Part shown: in pieces, positions 1 through 11,069 of the stretch
Numbering within the stretch: position 1 is the stretch's first letter
How the letters are laid out: each line of letters opens with the position of its first letter
NCBI GenBank assembly: GCA_002269645.1
Contig: NIVC01000033.1
Location: forward strand, 1,055,067 to 1,094,625
Length of the DNA stretch: 39,559 nt
Origin: Macrostomum lignano
Lineage: Eukaryota
Reading direction: 5' to 3'
Program-made: the position numbers and the translations under genes
The notes under the pieces: generated by a model
Databases searched by the model: none
What the model was told of the DNA's origin: nothing
What the model saw: only the letters and a program-made list of their open reading frames with translations

Positions 1-294
1 CGGTGCTCGCAGCGTGGTTGAGGCTCAGACTGCAGCTGATGCTCTCACCCGCATTTTGCATGCAGACCAAGCATCCGAACCTACTTTGCTGGACTCGATC
101 TGAGCTCCTCTACAGCATAAACAGTAGTAGTGAGATCTGCCTATGCACGCGATTAAAAATAATAATATTTTTTGTTGTAACTTTACTTCTGTATTTTTTT
201 GTGTACAAAAGATAAGAAAAATAAAACGCGAATGCGACTATATTGTGTTGATGTGCAACAATGCTTACGAAAATGAAACATTTTTTATGTTTCT

Positions 295-300
295 TTTATT
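295..300 (-). terminator. Candidate polyadenylation signal of the PC4-like unit
   Basis: AATAAA on the minus strand ~110 nt downstream of the stop at 409, in AT-rich sequence where such hexamers also occur by chance. Confidence 0.3.
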
Positions 301-408
301 GGCAATATTATGGTCATAATGACAAAGCAATATATACAAGTGCATGATCAGTATTATGATTCAAAACTGTATTAAAAAAGTTAATTGACGAAATGACCAG
401 TTGTCGCT

Positions 409-1037
409 TCATGCATTGCGCGTCGCTTCATTGGTGGCTGGTGCATGAAGGCTGTTGGCTGTAAATCTCTTTCTAAATTCAGCCTGAACTGCTTGGAAGG
501 CCTCCCAGTGGTCTTCCCACTCTGCCGGCTGCCTGTCAGGTACTTGCATCAGTTGGTCGAGTGCAAGCCTTGCTGCCCATGCTTCACACTCTTCAGGCTC
601 CGTAGGGTGGTATCCCATCCACTATGGATCGCCGATCGGTGGCTCGACCGGAGACTCTCACTTGTCAATTTTGTCAAGGACCCATTGCTTTTGAGCCCAG
701 ACTTCGCGCCAAAGTGTAGTAGGAAGCGGTAAGGCGTGCCTTAGGCGCCCGCGGTCCGAGTACAGTTGGAAGGCGCCAGAGTGTGATTACGCCATTTTGC
801 ACAACCACTTGCCTGTTGCCGCCCAGAAGGCATTGCGCATCGATACACTTTCTTGGCAGACTCTTCCAGTCGTTCCTTCAGGCTGCCCAAGTGGCAAAAC
901 TGATGGACGGTGAGCTCCATGCCAGGTAGACCTGGTCGATACTCTTCGCCAAGTTTGTACCACTTTCTGATGCTGATGCATTTCGAGTGCGACCTGACGC
1001 CGATTCGAAATCTGTTCGATAATGTCTTGAAGTCCAT
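409..1037 (-). pseudogene. Degraded intronless gene encoding a PC4/SUB1-like ssDNA-binding domain, probably followed by a second divergent PC4-like domain
   Basis: ATG at 1037 (aacaaaATGG). MDFKTLSNRFRIGVRSHSKCISIRKWYKLGEEYRPGLPGMELTVHQFCHLGSLKERLEE matches the PC4 core as recalled (IDIREYW..GEMKPGRKGISLNPEQW..LKE). A second frame continues RNAFWAATGKWLCKMA*SHSGAFQLYSDRGRLRHALPLPTTLWREVWAQKQWVLDKIDK*, with in-frame stops at 789-787, 660-658 and 624-622, ending at 409. Confidence 0.55.
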
Positions 1038-1086
1038 TTTGTTCACTGTCAAAAACTTTGAGCTTTCCTTCCAGCTGTGCGCGAGA

Positions 1087-1260
1087 TTATATACGACGGG
1101 AGTTGGTGAGCAACACCAGCTCCCGCTCCATAGCAATAACCAATCCGAACCCCTAATTCAACCTCACACAACAGCCCTTTCGCGGGAACTCTCGGCAAAT
1201 CAGAAGCCCTTCCGGGGACCACTCAGCCATTTAGAAACCAGCTCCATAGCAATAACCAAT
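1087..1260 (-). promoter_or_regulatory. TATA box plus two CCAAT boxes upstream of the PC4-like gene
   Basis: TATATAA on the minus strand at 1093-1087, about 50 nt upstream of the ATG. CCAAT at 1140-1144 and 1256-1260, each within a duplicated ~50-bp block (ctccatagcaataaccaatccgaaccc). Confidence 0.5.
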
Positions 1261-1595
1261 CCGAACCCCGAATCCAACCCCACACAACAGGAGGTGCGGA
1301 CCTTCTTGCGGCCCTCTGGCCACCAAGAAGTAGCGGTCTAGGTCTAACGACCTCACGCTGTACGCGCCACAGCAAGGAAGAGTAGAGCCAAAGCATGGAA
1401 TGAAGGTTTTGCCTTGGCTAGAGCCTTAAGAGCCTTAAAGCGGTTGGTAAGTGAGGCAGGGGAATAAGATTGGGTTTAGGAATTATAGGAATTAGGAGGG
1501 GGCATTGGTTTTGGATAGGGTATTGGATAAAAGGACCTTGTTATATGGGATGGGGTGCAGGATAGGAGGAGGCCTTCTATGGGATGCACGGGCTG

Positions 1596-1910
1596 CAGGA
1601 CAGGAGGGGGCCCGGTTGGGATCGTGGTGGGTGCGTTGGCGGTGGGTTGGGATCGGGGTGGGTGCGTGGTGGTGGTGGGTTTGGGTTGGGGTGGGTGCGT
1701 GGCGGTGGTGGGTTTGGGGTCGGGGTGGGCGCCTCTGGGGGGCCCGGTTTGGGGTCGGGGTGGGTGCGTGGCGGTGGTGGGTTTGGGGTCGGGGTGGGTG
1801 CGTCGCGGTGGTGGGTTTAGGGTCGGGGTGGGTGCGTCGCGGTGGTGGGTTTGGGGTCGGGTGGGTGCGTCGCGGTGGTGGGTTTGGGGTCGGGGTGGGC
1901 GTCTTTGGGG
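1596..1910 (+). repeat. G-rich 34-bp minisatellite (ggggtcggggtgggtgcgtcgcggtggtgggttt), degenerate at the left end
   Basis: Unit starts at 1751 and 1785, 34 bp apart. Each unit has four G-runs of 3 or more. The array explains the overlapping low-complexity ORFs 1492-2041. Confidence 0.9.
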
Positions 1911-2442
1911 GCACCGTCTCCGCTCATTGGCCGGGTGCCCCAGCCAATCCGTGCGATGGCGGTAGAGGGGACCACTTTCCTACTACTTTTATTCTCAAGT
2001 CTTTGGGCCACATTCGTTTTGGATTAGTGCACGGAGAATGACGTAAGACTTGTCATGTGATTCGCGCCCATGAGGGCCAGCTTCTAAGGCACGTAATTTT
2101 TGCATGCCTGACGACGAAAATAGAATGTCAGAGCCACTGTGCACCATTTTTAGTCTTATCGTACTCCTGTGTGCGTGTTCCGGGATCAGCGAAGGTGCCA
2201 GCTTCCAGCGAACTAATTAAATTAATTGTAGCATTGCTCACCTTGAGGCAGTGGAACGCTCAGCGGCACGCAGTACATTTCCACCTGTTCGAGAAAGTCG
2301 CTAGCCCTAAACACCGGTCGCTGTACAACCACTTTTGACACTCTTTGGAGCACTCGAATAGAAGAACGCCCAGGCCTTGGTTCTTGGGCCAGAAGCCTTC
2401 TATGCACTCGATCTGCGTGACGAATGTAATCAACAGTTGAGT

Positions 2443-2721
2443 ATAATAATAATATTTGATTACACCTGCCCCAATAGGGTCAGATTTGCAACCGACAGCT
2501 CAGCCGCAGCTATTGCGCGTACGGCTGTTCAGTCAAAGGACTGGGGTTGCCACACACACCCTCAATTACCCCAGCTAATGCTGGCACCCATTTTACATCT
2601 GGGAGAACTGAAGCAATGCAGAGTTGTGTCTTGCTCAATGACACAAATTGTTTCGAGTGGGTCAAGAATCGAACCCCCGACCTTCAAGTCGTGAGTCCGA
2701 CGCTCTGACCACTAGGCTACA
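2443..2721 (-). mobile_element. tRNA-derived SINE, copy 1
   Basis: On the minus strand it starts TGTAGCCTAGTGGTCAGAGCGTCGGACTCACGA (A box) and has B box GGTTCGATTC (2675-2666). The body is shared with 23185-23466 and 26693-26945, and it ends in a (TTA/TAT)n tail. Confidence 0.85.
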
Positions 2722-2779
2722 GATCCCTGTAGTGCAATCCAGAGCAAGCTTTAACAGAAGCTACATCTGAGCTACTAAA

Positions 2780-3005
2780 GCAGTAGCTTCTGTAAAAAAC
2801 TTGAAAAGTCTCCGCACCGTCTCGCAGTGTCCCAACAGACTCTCCGGTGTACTGCTTCATCACGCCAGCCTCCTTGATACAGGCGTTGCAGAATTTCCTG
2901 TGCAGCTCAGAATGATAGCTCAAAATGATGGCCACCTGTTCCGTGGCTCTGGTTGCTGCTCCCTTGGTGCCTCTGTCCCCTGCTGGCTCAGCCTGGCCCG
3001 GAAAA
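2780..3005 (-). CDS. Candidate coding exon(s) of an unidentified gene
   Basis: Open stretch with GC3-rich codons (KFCNACIKEAGVMKQYTGESVGTLRDGAETFQ) and possible short-intron splice sites. No family recognised. Confidence 0.2.
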
Positions 3006-4175
3006 CAAGGAAGTTGCGTATAAGAATGGATGAAAACAGTTTTGGACAAAGCAGCTTCTCTAAGACTCACCTTTCCACTCATAGTTAGGAGTGGGATGTA
3101 GCTTTTTCTGTTGAAATGCGAGTGTCAGGGTATGATTTTAGTTGGAAACTTGGATGGAAGCCTTGCAGCTTGTATTTTACTACACGCAGACACAAACCAA
3201 GCCTTATATCTGACATTGTAACGCTGAGTTTGATCTGAGTATTCTGAGAATTTTATCTCTCTCTCCCACCCCTAAGCTGCAGCTGTACACATGCTTTCCA
3301 TAAGATAGAGCGGAGTTGAGCGTGCTCAGATGCAGAACGGGACTATAAGAGAAAGCAGGTGCTTTGGCCGGTGCAGATAGTCGCTTACTTTGGTCTTCTG
3401 AATTCCTATTCTCTCGCTTCTTACCTGCACACCTTTCTCAGTTGGGATCGGCTGTGCCCAATTATATGAAAGCCATCGTACACTAGGGCTACCTAGTATA
3501 CTGAGAGTACAAACAAGAGGACATGAAGGTTTTGATATGAGGCACAATATTTATGAATAGCAACTCACAACGCGGTGCTTAGCACAGAATATTCTGTGGT
3601 GCTTAGAGCTCTGAGGCAAATATATTCAGCAAACGTTGAAGTTGGAGTTTATGTTGCAGTTTTATTTTCAAAAAGTTGATTTTAACAGCTGTAGAGCAAA
3701 ATTATTAAAAATTTCCCTTCTTTGCAATCAAAGAGATAAGAAATGTGTAATTTAAGAAATGGATTAGAATGAAAATGGCAACTCATTTAAGCAATCAATT
3801 GATGAAAACATACGCGAAATACGCAAAGCTGACTTTTCTACCGCTAGAACTCGTGACTACAGTGGAAGAATCAGTAATTCTTGCGTTCAACCGACTAATT
3901 TTGCAATTTCTGGTTGTGAAAAGTCTGCAAAACTACTGCACAAACTGCGGCAGGCTAAGCTAAATTTTTTTTATTCACACAGTAAAAATAGATGAGCGTT
4001 AGCATGTTGCTTTTTAATTGCGGTGGGATGAGTCTGTGTACAATCATTGGACATTTCAAATGAGACCAATTACTCCATTGGTCAACCAACATGATCTAAT
4101 CTAAGCTAAGCACAACAGAAAACAGAATTCAATATCTGAATCTGAGTATGCGCCGTTGTCAAAGTTCCATTCTAG

Positions 4176-5480
4176 TCAGTTGGACACAGACACTGGCGGC
4201 AGGCTCCACTCTGCCGGGATGGACTTGAAGAAGGCGTGCTCCAAGGCCGCGCTAAGCGTGACGCGGTCCTCGGGTTCGTACTCGAGCATTCGCAGCATCA
4301 GGTCGAACAGGTCTCTTGTGTCCGGTGTCTCGTCTCGCATGTAACGATGCAGCGGTTTGCAGTTCTCGCGCACGTAGCGACCCTCGTTGCTATGGTAGTC
4401 CCAGTCTAAACGGCCGTGCCAGAAGTAGCCGGCCCTGGAGTTCCTGGTCATGCGGTAGGGCACGTGGCCAAGTATGCGCTCCATCATGGCCAGGTGTTCG
4501 CGATTCTCGTGCGTCTGGAATAACGTGAAGCCCGTGTAGAGCTCAAACAGGATGCATCCGATGGACCAGACGTCGCACGGCTGCGACCAACCCAGCTCTA
4601 GAATGACTTCAGGAGCTCGATAGTGTCGGGTGGACACCACGGCAGAGTGGTGCTCGTGATCAAAGGTTGCCGAACCAAAGTCGATTAGCCGGATATCCGT
4701 TCGATCAAGCATTTTTTCTTCTTTCTTGCGCTTTGGATTAACAAAGGTTGAATAGGTCGACCGAAGAAGCAGAATATTTTCCGGCTTTAGATCCGTGTGC
4801 GTCAGCTGGTTGGCGTGCATGAAGGCCACTGAGTGCACCAGCTGATAGGCAATGTGACGCACGTGCTCTATCGGATATGGCGCAAAGTCGTTCTCCTTCA
4901 GAAAGTCGAACACAGACTTGCCAAGAAGGTCAAAGACTAGGCAGATGTGGCCATAGAACTCAAACCAGCTCAACAACTTTATGCACAAATGCAGACCTGA
5001 CGGGTCTTTTTCCTCCAGCTTCTTCAGCACGTTGATCTCCAGCTTGGCTGCTTCGCGATACTTTTCCACATTTTTTATGATTTTTACCGCTACTCGACGC
5101 TGAGCAAAATCCTGCATATCGGCGCACTCTGTCACTTTGCCAAATGTGCCTTCTCCGAGCGTTTTTGAGATCCGGTAGCGATTCTTCAGCACATCGCCGT
5201 ATGCGTAGATCAGGTGACCGTCCGAATCGTCTCGATATGGCGACTTTTCATTGCTAAGCAGGCCTCCGCGTCGACTGCGGCCGCTGGTGACGCTCTGCGC
5301 CGTCGACTGTTCGGTTGTAACCTCTGATGTCCCCGGCTGCTGCTGATCTTCACCGCGCGGAAGACTGATCAGAGACTTTGAACTGGAGTTATTTTCTATA
5401 CCGTCAAATGCCCGCTGACTATTGTTGTTGGTGACATTGTTTGCTCGGCGCCTTGACGAACCAACGTGTCTGTTGAGCAT
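4176..5480 (-). CDS. CLK: CDC-like (LAMMER) dual-specificity protein kinase, kinase domain region; the frame stays open upstream to ~5650
   Basis: [34 protein letters not shown], the LAMMER signature [11 protein letters not shown] and the DSDGHLIY pre-kinase motif. No intron in the kinase domain. Confidence 0.97.
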   Translation of the reverse strand: MLNRHVGSSRRRANNVTNNNSQRAFDGIENNSSSKSLISLPRGEDQQQPGTSEVTTEQSTAQSVTSGRSRRGGLLSNEKSPYRDDSDGHLIYAYGDVLKNRYRISKTLGEGTFGKVTECADMQDFAQRRVAVKIIKNVEKYREAAKLEINVLKKLEEKDPSGLHLCIKLLSWFEFYGHICLVFDLLGKSVFDFLKENDFAPYPIEHVRHIAYQLVHSVAFMHANQLTHTDLKPENILLLRSTYSTFVNPKRKKEEKMLDRTDIRLIDFGSATFDHEHHSAVVSTRHYRAPEVILELGWSQPCDVWSIGCILFELYTGFTLFQTHENREHLAMMERILGHVPYRMTRNSRAGYFWHGRLDWDYHSNEGRYVRENCKPLHRYMRDETPDTRDLFDLMLRMLEYEPEDRVTLSAALEHAFFKSIPAEWSLPPVSVSN

Positions 5481-5632
5481 GGCGGTATTTGGAGCTTCAT
5501 CGCCTTCACCAAGTGACTTTTTGCGCCTGTACCGTCGCGACGATAATCCATGGCCTGAAGCAGCAGCTGCAGCCTCTTCTTGGCGCTGATAAGCAAGATC
5601 AGAAGAGTCCGATATGCTTTTTGTAATGTCGG

Positions 5633-6298
5633 TCCAGCGACACGCAGTTCAGCCTTCTTCAAGTGCTGTCCCTCAACAGTGGCTCCGACAACGGCTGTTG
5701 TTGTGTTAGCCGACGCGTCCACCGAATCATAAACGCTTGGCTCCTTGCCGCTTGCGCCACGGTCACGGTTTACTGACGGCTGCTGCTGCTGCTGCTGCGA
5801 TGCTCTCGGTGGTTCGGCCGTGGGGATTAGAGGCGGTGGAGGCGCTACAGACACTACGGAGGAGCGGTTGCCGTTTCGCATTGCCAGAGAAGCTATTTGC
5901 TGACCCAGCCTTTCCAGATCGCCCCGCAGCTGATCCAGCTGACTCTTCCGGCAGTGGCGGCCCAGGCCAGTGGAAGAATCTTGCCGTCCAGGCATCAGCT
6001 GCTGCTCCTGGGCATCAGAATTTGATGACGGATCAGGATCAGCGTCTTTGAATGTCAACTGAATGGCGGCCTCAGTCTTTGATCCTTTGTAACATCGTGA
6101 CCTGCGGCACTTACGCCTGGCTCGGTTGTGCTGATGCTGCAGAAGCTGCTGTTGCTGCTGCTGCATTTGCTGCTGGTACTGAGGCGATGCGATCATTGCG
6201 TCCTGTGTCATAGGACTAACTGACTGTCTGTTGCTTGATGAGTTTCCGCTCCGAGTGCTTCCAGTGCTGGAGCTGGTGCTCCTGCTGTTACTGAGGTA
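5633..6298 (-). CDS. Probable Ser/Gln-rich N-terminal extension of the CLK kinase, in a different frame from the kinase ORF
   Basis: Frame of ORF 5396-6211 is open from 6298 ([13 protein letters not shown]...MTQDA...polyQ...[10 protein letters not shown]). It joins the kinase frame ([26 protein letters not shown]...) if one C is added at 5631-5632, or via a ~90-nt GT-AG intron. Confidence 0.6.
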
Positions 6299-7379
6299 CT
6301 AGACGCCAACAGGGCAGCTGTAACAGCAAGGTCATGCACAGTCGCCAGAGCGGAGGCTGCAATGATTTCTTCTCCCCTTTGGCGCTCAGCTGTTTCGGCA
6401 GTTCGAACTAACCCAGTATTTTCCGGTGAATTTATGCAAACCGTTCGCCCTTCCTTTTCCATCGTTTCTTTCCGACAAGTTCTGCAGCCTGCACCCTGGC
6501 CCGGTCGTGGTACAAAGCAATTCAGCTTCGGGGTTTGGAGATAGGTCGAGCGAGGTACATTGGAGCGGTTAGGAATGGTTCTGGTTGGAACAGCTCCCTC
6601 TGTCTGGCATGGCCTGTGCATACCATCTGCCTCTCAGCCTCCGTTGCAACTTGGACCAACCCGACTTTACAATAAGTCCTACCAATTTTGACCGAACCTC
6701 CCGATCCCAGAAGAGTGCTGTGTTCCAACGTGTGTGTTCAGCACAATCGAGCCTCACTACCGAATGTTGGAAAGAAAAGTAGCGATGGGAATGAAAATGG
6801 GATCCTATTTTGGGAAGCGAAAATGGCTCTCGCGCGTATTGGCAAATACGGATGACGTTTGGACCAGCTTGCATACCGTTCCGCCTCCGCTCCTTTACCT
6901 TATTTTCACCCGTGCGGCAGCCGTACAAGAAGTACCTTAGTGAATCATCATCGACCTCCCAGGAAAAGGAAATAGCGATGTGGATGCAAGACAGTTCAGA
7001 AATGTCGCCCTTCTAATGTAAGCCGGACGCTGCTGGTCTTTAAGCGCCAGCGAGGAAATGAAGCAAAGACGAGCGAAAAGGGGATAGAGAGACAGTCGCC
7101 GAATAATAGGGCAGATGTTAGGCGTTTATTGACTGCACGAGGCTGCAGTGCAGCTCCAGATCCTCCTGGATGCATCAATTTGGATGCCTTGCAGTTGCCT
7201 TTTGTGAGGGATCAAAGGCAAAGTAATGCAGCGAGAGGAAAAGGGAAGGCAGATAGAGACGAGTTTGATGGTTGATATTGGTAACGGGCCACCCAGGCAG
7301 CTCTCTACAGGGACTGTTAAGTACGTTGGTACGAAAATAGCCGTTGGTGCAAACTGTCGCCTTGCCTTTGTCAATGGAT

Positions 7380-8225
7380 CCTATTGACAAATGTTAGGAC
7401 TGAACTTTTCTGAATTGCACAGCAGTTTGTTGATTGCGGCGTTCTGAAATATGAGTTTATTTGACAGGTCTTCTGGCACGTCGGTTGTGGATGGATGAAC
7501 CAGTGCTGATAGTCAGTAGGACAATGTTTATTAATCTTGAAGCGCTTGAGATACACAATGCTTCATCCAAAAGTGCAACCCGCTTTGTTGCCAACTTCCT
7601 CCAGAATTTCCCTTCCTTGCTATTGGCTTTGTTTGACTTCTCATTGTCTTTTGAAAGCTGCATAAAACTGCAGCATAGTAGTGCTACTAAGCCACGTATT
7701 TAGTTGGCTCTTCATCAAGAAGCCATTGCTGCTAGCAATCAGCATCCAATGCCTATTTTTTCCAATACTATCATTGATGTCATGGAGCAGAATTAGCTCG
7801 CTGTTAATCTGCAAATCAATTTTTTTCTGTCAATATCACCCAACGTCACGCCACTTCAGACGTACGGATATGCAGTTTACATAGAAACTTCCAGATATGC
7901 AATTCAGCAATTCAACAGACCTCCATTCCAGCCAAGGGCCTCTCGCTATGCCGTGCTTTGCCGCTGACGAAAAGTTCTCTCCCTAACCATTCAGCAGAGA
8001 TTTCTGCCACAGCAAAAGCAGTCCTGGTTGCGTTCGTACCGGCTGCATCAGCATAGCCAGCGACCGCAGCTGCGGCTCCATGGGCCAGGCGTGTACAGAG
8101 GCATCCGGTCTCTGTGTGCGGGGTTCGTCAGCTGAGGACGGAATAGGAAAATGGGCGGGGGTTGGTGCTGGTTGGGAGAGAGCCAAGTCTCTCTCTTCGG
8201 CTATGCCTTGATAAAGCTGAGTCAT
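7380..8225 (-). CDS. Candidate multi-exon gene with very short introns, product unknown
   Basis: Coding-like segments MTQLYQG..., AKHGIARGPWLEWRSVELLNCISGSFY, INSELILLHDINDSIGKNRHWMLIASSNGFLMKSQLN and FMQLSKDNEK...FWRKLATKRVALLDEAL can be joined in phase by GT-AG introns, two of them only ~24-28 nt. No family recognised. Confidence 0.3.
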
Positions 8226-8699
8226 GGACTGTTAATTATAGTTGTCTGGAACGGAAGCTTTAGAATTATCAATCCCTTTACCGTGCTTGCAAACTTTCGT
8301 TTAATATTAGAATTTTTTTAAACAAATTTTCGCAAAGTGCCGATATTCCAGAACTATTCTAGAACCATTTCGGCACTCAAAAAGAGGACCCCTATGAATT
8401 TTGCTTCTGGTCGTTCAAGGTACACATTTCGACTTCGTACACGCGGACTGAACTGAAGAGGAACTTCCAGGGCCAGATAACATGTGGTGAAGACGTGTCT
8501 ATTTATGGGAAGTCTATGGGAATCATTTATCCTGTTTATGGAGAACCTGTAAGCGATTATGATTATTAGTATATTTATTGTAGTGCGTCAATATTTCTGC
8601 CTTTCTGAAGCCTTTGAACATCCCTTCAGAAACCTCCATCCTCACTGACTCCATTCTCACATCATTCAGAGAACTCTGGATCCCATCCACGTACAGATT

Positions 8700-10585
8700 C
8701 GTCAGTGACCCCATTCCCAAATTCGTCCCCAAATTCATCAGTGATCCCATCCCCCTAATTCATCAGTGACCCCATTCGCAGATTCATCAGTGGCCCTATT
8801 CCCCAAATTCATCAGTGACCCCATCCCCCAAATTCATCAGTGACCACAATCCCATATTCATCAGTGACCCCAACCCCAAATTCATCATTGACCCCAACCC
8901 CAAATTCATCAGTGACCCCAATCCCAGATTCATAAGTGACCCCAATCCCAAATTCATCAGACCCCATTCCCATGCAGATTCATCAGTGACCCCATCCCCC
9001 AGTTTATCAGTGATCCATTTCCAGAGTCATCAGTGACCCCACTCCCAGTTTATCAGTGACCCCATTCCCAGTTTTTCAGTGACCCCATTCCCAGTTTATC
9101 AGTGACCCGATTCCCCGTTTATCAGTGACCCCATTCCCAGTTTATCAGTGACCCCATTCCCAGTTTATCAGTGACCCGATTCCCCGTTTATCAGTGACCC
9201 CATTCCCAGTTTATCAGTGACCCCATTTCCCGTTTATCAGTGACCCTATTCCCAGTTTATCAGTGACTCCAATCCCAGATTCATCAGTGACCCATTTCCA
9301 GATTCAGCAATAACCCCATTCCGATGTAGATTCATCAGTGACCCCAGCTCCTAGATTATTCAGTGTCCCCATTCCGAGATTCATCTGCAGTGACCCCATT
9401 CCCATGCAGATTCATCAGTGACCCCATTCGCATGCAGATTTATCAGTGACCCCATTCACATGCAGATTCATCAGTGACCCCATTCCCAGTTTATCAGTGA
9501 CCCTATCTTCAGATTCAACAGTGACCCCATTCCCATGCAGATTCATCAGTGACCCCATTCCCAGTTTATCAGTGACCCTATCTTCAGATTCAACAGTGAC
9601 CCCATTCCCATGCAGATTCATCAGTGACCCCATTTTCATATTCATCAGTGACCCCATCCTCCAGATTAATCAGTGACCTCATTCCCAGATTCATCAGTGA
9701 CCCCATTCCCAGTTTATCAGTGACCCCATTCCCAATTTATCAGTGACCCCATTCCCAGTTTATCAGTGACCCCATTCCCAATTTATCAGTGACCCCATTC
9801 CCAGTTTATCAGTGACCCCATTCCCAGTTTATCAGTGACCCCATTCCCAATTTATCAGTGACCCGATTCCCCGTTTATCAGTGACCCCATTCCCAGTTTA
9901 TCAGTGACCCCATTTCCCGTTTATCAGTGACCCTATTCCCAGTTTATCAGTGACTCCAATCCCAGATTCATCAGTGACCCATTTCCAGATTCAGCAATAA
10001 CCCCATTCCGATGTAGATTCATCAGTGACCCCAGCTCCTAGATTATTCAGTGTCCCCATTCCGAGATTCATCTGCAGTGACCCCATTCCCATGCAGATTC
10101 ATCAGTGACCCCATTCGCATGCAGATTTATCAGTGACCCCATTCACATGCAGATTCATCAGTGACCCCATTCCCAGTTTATCAGTGACCCTATCTTCAGA
10201 TTCAACAGTGACCCCATTCCCATGCAGATTCATCAGTGACCCCATTCCCAGTTTATCAGTGACCCTATCTTCAGATTCAACAGTGACCCCATTCCCATGC
10301 AGATTCATCAGTGACCCCATTTTCATATTCATCAGTGACCCCATCCTCCAGATTAATCAGTGACCTCATTCCCAGATTCATCAGTGACCCCATTCCCAGT
10401 TTATCAGTGACCCCATTCCCAATTTATCAGTGACCCCATTCCCAGTTTATCAGTGACCCATTCCCAATTTATCAGTGACCCCATTCCCAGTTTATCAGTG
10501 ACCCCATTCCCAGTTTATCAGTGACCCCATTCCCAGTTCATCAGTGACCCCATTCCCAGTTTATCAGTGTCCCCATACCCAGATT
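8700..10585 (+). repeat. Satellite of 23-28 bp units (gtgaccccattcccagtttatca) with nested 75-bp and 687-bp higher-order repeats
   Basis: Base unit 23 bp with 24- and 28-bp variants. Identical ORFs at 9446-9676 and 10133-10363 (offset 687), and the rare variant gcaataacccc recurs at the same offset. Confidence 0.95.
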
Positions 10586-10888
10586 CATCAAGACCAAAAC
10601 AGATTGTTTATACTTATTTGATATTTTGCCTTTTGAGGCGGCAGTTATATTCGATTCAGAGCACCTGGTGCCCCGAGTCTAATCGCCATCTTGCTTTTCA
10701 TGCCTCGAGGGCCAGGTGGGCGAGGAGCCAGGCAGCTTCGGCGGGTAATTAAAAACGGAAATTGTTTTGACAAAGAATGCAGATGCAGATTCTCTTGTGT
10801 TCTGATGGCGAGCGGAGAAGTCTGCTTATTTATGAGGTAACCAGGGTACACAGCTCCACGGCTGCAAAACAGCGCCACCTACATTCTT

Positions 10889-11060
10889 CCTCAGCGACTC
10901 CCTCAGCGACTCCCTCAGCGACTCCCTCAGCGACTCCCTCAGCGACTCCCTCAGCGACTCCCTCAGCGACTCCCTCAGCGACTCCCTCAGCGACTCCCTC
11001 AGCGACTCCCTCAGCGACTCCTTCAGCGACTCCCTCAGCGACTCCCTCAGCGACTCCCTC
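10889..11060 (+). repeat. 12-bp tandem repeat (cctcagcgactc), ~14 copies
   Basis: Near-perfect array; translates as (SATP)n on plus and (RESL)n on minus. Confidence 0.95.
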
Positions 11061-11069
11061 ACTGACTCT

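Noticed and set aside
1492-2041. Pro/Thr-rich and Gly/Trp-rich ORFs
   Set aside because: Translations of the 34-bp G-rich repeat.
2650-2721. Functional tRNA-Val(CAC) gene (also at ~23400-23466 and ~26693-26760)
   Set aside because: Anticodon and T stems are mismatched, there is no acceptor stem or T-run terminator, and each is fused to the same non-tRNA body and tail, so they are SINE heads.
2840-2900. EAGVMKQ resemblance to the tyrosine-kinase alphaC helix
   Set aside because: No other kinase motif (VAIK, HRD, DFG) nearby in any frame.
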